Assembly (NCBI RefSeq): GCF_009914755.1
Contig: NC_060926.1
Direction: 5' to 3' (one strand)
Source of the DNA: the human T2T-CHM13v2.0 reference genome, Homo sapiens
DNA length: 64,000 bases
Below, piece by piece: positions 58,501 to 64,000 of the stretch. Both the position numbers and the translations under genes were made by a program. Within the stretch, counting starts at the first letter, position 1. Each line of letters begins with the position of its first letter. The notes under the pieces were generated by a model, which saw only the letters and a list, made by a program, of their open reading frames with translations, did no database searches and was not told where the DNA came from.

Positions 58501-61500
58501 AATGGAATCAACCTGAGTGGAACGAAAGGGAATGGAATGGAGTGCAATGGAATGGATTCGAATGGAATGGAATCAACCTGAATGGAATTTAAAGGAAAGG
58601 AATGGAATGGAATGGAATGGAATGGAATGGAATGGAATGGAATGGAATTGCATCAACACGAGTGGAATGGAATGGAATTGAATGGAATTTATTGGAATGG
58701 AATGGAATGGAATGGAATTTAATCAACCTGAGTAGAACGGAATGGAATGGAATGAAATGGAATGGAATGGAATCAACCCGAGTGGAATGATATGGAATGG
58801 AATGGAATGGAATGGAATGGAATGGAATGGAATGGAATGGGATGGAATGGAATGGATTGGAATGGAATGGATTGGAATGGAATGGAATGGAATGGAATGG
58901 AATGGAATGGAATGGAATGGAATCTACCTGTGTGGAATGGAATGGAATGGAATGGAATGGAAAGTAGTGGAATGGTATGGAATCAACCCGAGTGGAAAGG
59001 AATGGAATAGAAGGAAATGGAATGGAATGGAATGGAATCAAACCGAGTTGAATGGAATGGAATGGAACGGAATGGAAGGGAGTGGAATGGAATTTTATCA
59101 TCACGAGTGGAATGCAATGGAAAGGAAGGAAAGGGAATGCAATGGAATGGAATCAACCCAAGTGGAATGGAATGGAATGCAATGGAATGGAATGAAATGG
59201 AATGGAATGCAATAAAATGGAATGGAATGGAATGGAATCAACACGAATGAAATGGAATGGAATCAACCCGATTGGAATGGAATAGAATGGAGTAGAAAGG
59301 AATGGAATGGAATGGAATGGAATGGAATGGAATGGAATGGAATGGAATGGAATGGAATGGAATGGAGTGGAATCAAACCGAGTGGAATGGAAGGAAATGG
59401 ATTGCAATAGAATGGAATGGAATAAAATGGAATGAAAGGAATGGAATCAACCCGAGTGGAATGGAATGGAGTTGAATGGAATAGAATGGAATGGAATTTA
59501 AAGGAATGGAATCAACTCGAGTGGAATGGAATGGATTGGAATGGAAGGAATGAAATGGAATGGAATGAACACGAGTGGAATGCAATAGAAAGGAATGGAA
59601 TTGAATGGAATGGAATGGAATGGAATGGATTGGAATGGTTTGAAATGGAATAGAATGGAATGGAATGAAATGAAATGGAATGGAAAGGAATCAACGTCAG
59701 TAGAATAGAATCGAATGGAATTGAATAGAATGGAATCTAATTGAATGGAATGGAATGGAATGGAATGGAATGGAATTGAAAGGAATGGAATGAAAGGGAA
59801 TGGTATAGAATGGAATGGCATGGAATGGAAACAACCCGAATGGAATGGAATGGAATGGAATGAAAAGGAATGGAATCAACCAGAGTGGAATGGAATGGAA
59901 TGGAATGGAATGGAATGGAATGGAATGGAATGGAATGGAATGGAATTCAACAGAATCGAATCAACCCGAGTGGAATCAACTGGAATGGAATGGACTGGAA
60001 TGGAATGGAATGGATTGGAATGGAATGGAATGGAATCAACCCCAGTGGAATGGAAAGCAATGGAATCGAATCAATTGGAATGCAATGCAATGGAACGGAA
60101 TGGAGTGGAATGCAATGGAATCAACCTGAGTGGAATGGAATGGAATGGAATGGAATGGAATGGAATGGAATGGAATGGAACGGAATGAAATGGAACTGAA
60201 TGGAATGGAATCAACGTGAGTGGAATGGAATGGAATAGAATTGAAAGGAATGGAACGATATGGATAGGAATGGAATAGAATTGAATGGAAAGGAATTGGA
60301 TAACCGCGAGTGGAATGGAAAGGAATGGAATGGAATGGAACGGAATGGAATGGAATGGAATAGAATCAACCCGAGTGTAATTGAATGGAATGAATGGAAT
60401 GGAAAGTAAATGATTTGTAAGCAATGGAATGGAATCAATAGGAAGGGAATGGAAAGAAATGAAACGGAACGAAATGGAATGGAACGAAATGGAATGGAAT
60501 GGAATGGAATGGAATGGAACGGAACGGAATGGAATGGAATGGAATGGAATGCAATCAACCCGAGTGGAATGGAATGGAATAGAATGAATTGGAATGGAAT
60601 CAACACGAATGGAATGCAATGGAATTGAATGGAATAGAATGGAATGTAATGCAATAGAATGGAATGGAATGGAATGGAATCAACCCGACTAGAATGGAAT
60701 GGAATGGAATGGAATGGAATGGAATGGAATGGAATGGAATGGAATGGAATAGAGTGGAATGGAATGAAATGGAACGGAATGGAATGGAATCAACCCGAGT
60801 GGAATGGAAAGGAATGAAATGTAACAGAATGGAATGGAATCAACGTGAGTGGAATGGAATGGAATGGAATTGATTGGATAGGAAAGGAATAGAATGGAAT
60901 GGAAAGGAATTTAATAAAAGCGAGTGGAATGGAATGGAATGGAATGGAATGGAATGGAATGGAATGGAATGGAATGGAATGGAATGAAATGGAATGGAAT
61001 GCAATACAATGGAACTGAATTGAATGGAATCAACACGAATGGAATGGAATGGAATGGAATGGAATGGAATGGAATGGAATGGAATGGAATGGAATGGAAT
61101 GAACCCGAGTGGAATGGAATGGAATGGAAAGAAACTTAAAGGAATGTAAGGGAAAGGAATGGAATGGAAACAACCCGAGTGGAATGGAATGCAATGGAAT
61201 AGAACGGAATGGAATTGACCTGAGTGCAACGAAAGGGAATGGAATGGAGTGCAATGGAATGGATTCGAATGGAATGGAATCAACCTGAATTTAATGAAAA
61301 GGAAAGGAATGGAATGGAATGGAATAGAATGGAATGGAATTGAATCAACCCGAGTGAAATGGAATGGAATTGAATGGAATTTATTGGAATGGAATGGAAT
61401 GGAATGGAATTTAATCAACCTCAGTAGAACGGAATGGAATGGAATGAAATGGAATGGAATGGAATCAACCTGAGTGGAATGATATGGAATGGAATGGAAT

Positions 61501-62445
61501 GGAATGGAATCAACCCGAGTGGAATGGAATAGAATGGAATGGAATGGAATGGAATGGAATGGAATGGAATGGAATGGAATGGAATGGAATCAACCCGAGT
61601 GGAATGGAATGGAAAGAAACTTAAAGGAATGTAAGGGAAAGGGATGGAATGGAAACAACCCGAGTGGAATGGAATGCAATGGAATAGAACGGAATAGAAT
61701 TGACCTGAGTGCAACGAAAGGGAATGGAATGGAGTGCAATGGAATGGATTCGAATGGAATGGAATCAACCTGAATTTAATGAAAAGGAAAGGAATGGAAT
61801 GGAATGGAATGGAATGGAATTGAATTGAATCAACCCGAGTGAAATGGAATGGAATTGAATGGAATTTATTGGAATGGAATGGAATGAAATGGAATTTAAT
61901 CAACCTCAGTAGAACGGAACGGAATGGAATGAAATGGAATGGAATGGAATCAACCCGAGTGGAATGATATGGAATGGAATGGAATGGAATGGAATGGAAT
62001 GGAATGGAATGGAATGGAATGGAATGGAATGGAATCTACCTGTGTGCAATGGAATGGAATGGAATGGAATGGAAAGGAGTGGAATTGTATGGAATCAACC
62101 CGAGTGGAAAGGAATGGAATAGAAGGAAATGGAATGGAATGGAATGGAATCAACCCGAGTTGAAAGGAATGGAATGCAATGGAATGGAAGGGAGTGGAAT
62201 GGAATTTTATCATCACGAGTGGAATGGAATGGAATGGAAGAAAGGAAATGCAATGGAATGGAATCAACCCGAGTGGAATGGAATGGAATAGAATGGAATG
62301 GAATGCAACGGAATGGAATGAAATGGAATGGAATGCAATAGAATGGAATGGAATGGAATGGAATCAACACGAATGGAATGGAATGGAATGGAATGGAATG
62401 GAATGGAATGGAATGGAATGGAATGGAATGGGATGGAATGGAATG
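55502..62445 (-). repeat. HSat3 (GGAAT)n with CAACCCGAGT, opposite orientation
   Basis: Switch at ...TTCCTTTCCAA|TTCAAACTGAGTGGAATG... Long pure (GGAAT)n runs. Ends at ...GGATGGAATGGAATG 62445. Confidence 0.95.
61100..62000. repeat. ~485-bp tandem duplication within distal HSat3, with a related block at 58420-59250
   Basis: GAAACTTAAAGGAATGTAAGGGAAAG at 58424, 61131 and 61616. AATCTACCTGTGTG at 58921 and 62033. AATTTTATCATCACGAGT at 59091 and 62203. Confidence 0.85.
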
Positions 62446-62555
62446 AGGGAATGTCATTGAGCAATGAAGGAATGTCATCCTTACCCAGATGCCAGCCACC
62501 TATCTCACATCCAGGACAGAGTCTCCATCTCCCCTCCAGCAAATATGCATGTATG

Positions 62556-62696
62556 TGGGCATGGTGGCACGCCCCTGTGATCCCAGCTACTCCATAGGCT
62601 GAGGTGGGAGAATCGCTTGTGCTTGAGAATTCAAGTTTTCAATGAGCCATGATCACACCACTGCACTTCATGTTGGGTAACCGAGTGAGACCCTGT
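62556..62696 (+). mobile_element. Old Alu right monomer (AluJ/FRAM-like), heavily diverged, no A tail
   Basis: TGGGCATGGTGGCACGCCCCTGTGATCCCAGCTACT...GGCTGAGGTGGGAGAATCGCTTG...TGAGCCATGATCACACCACTGCACT...GAGTGAGACCCTGT follows the AluJ right-arm/FRAM consensus. No left arm is visible. Confidence 0.85.
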
Positions 62697-62721
62697 GATT
62701 TTTCCCCTACATTTTACAGAA

Positions 62722-62736
62722 TTTTTTTTTTTTTTT
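62722..62736. repeat. T15 homopolymer
   Basis: 15 consecutive T residues. Confidence 0.9.
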
Positions 62737-64000
62737 GCCTCTTCCTTCCATTAATTTGCGTTTTGTCCGTTCATTTTCTGCAAACCTTTAGAGGGCAAAT
62801 GAGAAGTTTCCCTTTTTCTCTCTAAATGAGTAAGTTCCTCAAAATTTGGGCCCCTGAATAGGCAACAGGAGGGTGTGTGCAGGGGCTCCGCCACAGTGAT
62901 TTGACCACTCCCAGTCAGGCATCAGTAATACTCCCCAGAACCCCAGGCTGAAGCCCACTGATGCTGATGTAGTTCAATCCACTTCCTCTGCTACTGCACC
63001 AGGCTGATATGCCTTGGCCCCTGTTAAAGGTGTGAGATATAATGGGTGCAAATCTGTGTTCAGTTTTATCCAAATCCAAGTGCTTTCCTACTTTTTCAAC
63101 TTCCCTGTTTTTCTATTTAACACTTATTGCTCACTCCGTAAGACAGTAGAGACGGCATTCTCCTCTAGTTATCCTCAGGGAGAGCTGGCTGAGGACAATT
63201 AGTAACACCTTGGTTGTGAATGCCAAATAGATTTTGTAATTTCATGTCAGATGCAAGATCCTAATAGTAAAATTATTTTATTACAATTGTCTCTCGCTGA
63301 TAGAAAAAGGGAGTAATTGAAATTCCAAAAGTTGGTTTTAAAAGTAAAAAGCAAATCCTGAAAGATGTAGTATCCTAAAGATGTAGTATTTTCCATGAAT
63401 CACTGGGAAAGTAAAGGATGATAAAAACCTTTTTGTTCCCCATAGTGCAGAATTCAACACTGGACAGACTGCAGGAATGGGAGCATTCGGGGAATACAGG
63501 AGAGGTCAGTTATTGTTTAACTAAACTGCCTTGGGTTATGGTGGGTGGGATGCGGTTGGTGGTGGTGATGGCAGTTGATGTGGACCCACAAAGGAGCCAA
63601 ATATGATACTTGTGAAGAACCACAGAGTTGAAGGCTCTGCTGCCTGGCTTCCTGGGTGGAGCCTGTGCCACTGGAAGTCTCACAGGAAAGTAAAGTCGTG
63701 AGTAGTGCTTTAGGTGTGTAATCACCAAAGATTTAGTGAAGTCCCTGTGCAAGGAGACCTGAGGTAATGTCACTCAGTCCTAAGTCAAATCCCAACAGCA
63801 AAGCAGAGCTTCTGAAACTCATTCTGCCCCTAGAGGAGGTTTAGCAGAGACCACTGGTTCGGTCTGGAGATGTCACAACCACTGACATGCAGAGCACAAG
63901 GCCAGGCAGGGTCTACACTTGCAGGGGATCAGTGTGGTTCGAGGTCAATGTGCACGATTCAGACATGTATTCAGGATGCTCTGTGCATCTTTGGGGATTT

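Larger units (their letters stand above)
62446..64000. other. Non-satellite flank (complex, CpG-poor; probably pericentromeric segmental-duplication-type DNA), no recognisable exon
   Basis: Pentamer periodicity is lost after 62445. Only short ORFs (<90 aa) with no recognisable domain are present. Confidence 0.6.

Noticed and set aside
46621-62400. Recurrent ACTCGGGTTG/CAACCCGAGT with variable intervening sequence, superficially CRISPR-like
   Set aside because: The intervening sequence is itself pentamer repeat of irregular length, and no cas genes are present. This is the known satellite III 10-mer.
30344-62597. Long SIPFH/MEWNG ORFs (up to 420 aa, e.g. 39167-40429, 33515-34558)
   Set aside because: Pure (ATTCC)n and (GGAAT)n have no stop codon in any frame, so long ORFs are expected by construction.
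62698-62740. Pyrimidine tract plus ACAG as a splice acceptor; T15 as a terminator or retrocopy tail
   Set aside because: No downstream exon, donor site or recognisable minus-strand retroelement body could be identified.
62915-62970. 8-bp inverted repeat GCATCAGT/ACTGATGC and faint MER5-like wording
   Set aside because: Too short to distinguish from chance without a Dfam search.
63014-63773. Short ORFs (62-87 aa) and a 16-bp-period duplication AAAGATGTAGTAT (63361/63377) in the flank
   Set aside because: The ORFs are of random-expectation length with no recognisable homology. The micro-duplication is an ordinary slippage event.

Overview
This 64 kb window is human or great-ape pericentromeric-type heterochromatin. 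I find no intact protein-coding, RNA or CRISPR locus. Nearly all ORFs in the track are translations of (CATTC/GAATG)n satellite (MESSNGIEWN / SIPFH / MEWNG repeats). Layout from left to right: diverged HSat2 with CATTC on + (1-22123); strand switch; HSat2 with GAATG on + (22124-30427), carrying a 5'-truncated, nonsense-mutated 1.56 kb L1PA2-like LINE-1 (27342-28902); a head-to-head, near-palindromic HSat2/HSat3 junction centred on GAATTC (30425-30430); layered HSat3 with CATTC on + (30428-55501), including a near-identical 3.57 kb tandem duplication; a strand switch inside HSat3 (~55502); CAACCCGAGT-punctuated (GGAAT)n to ~62445; then non-satellite DNA with an old Alu right-monomer/FRAM fragment. 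The interesting content is structural. It includes a probable single 8.3 kb inversion whose reversal restores satellite phase at both ends, nested duplications that give a relative chronology, and a purity gradient toward the array edge. The sequence alone does not support a claim of a novel biological system, and I cannot assign chromosome or species.
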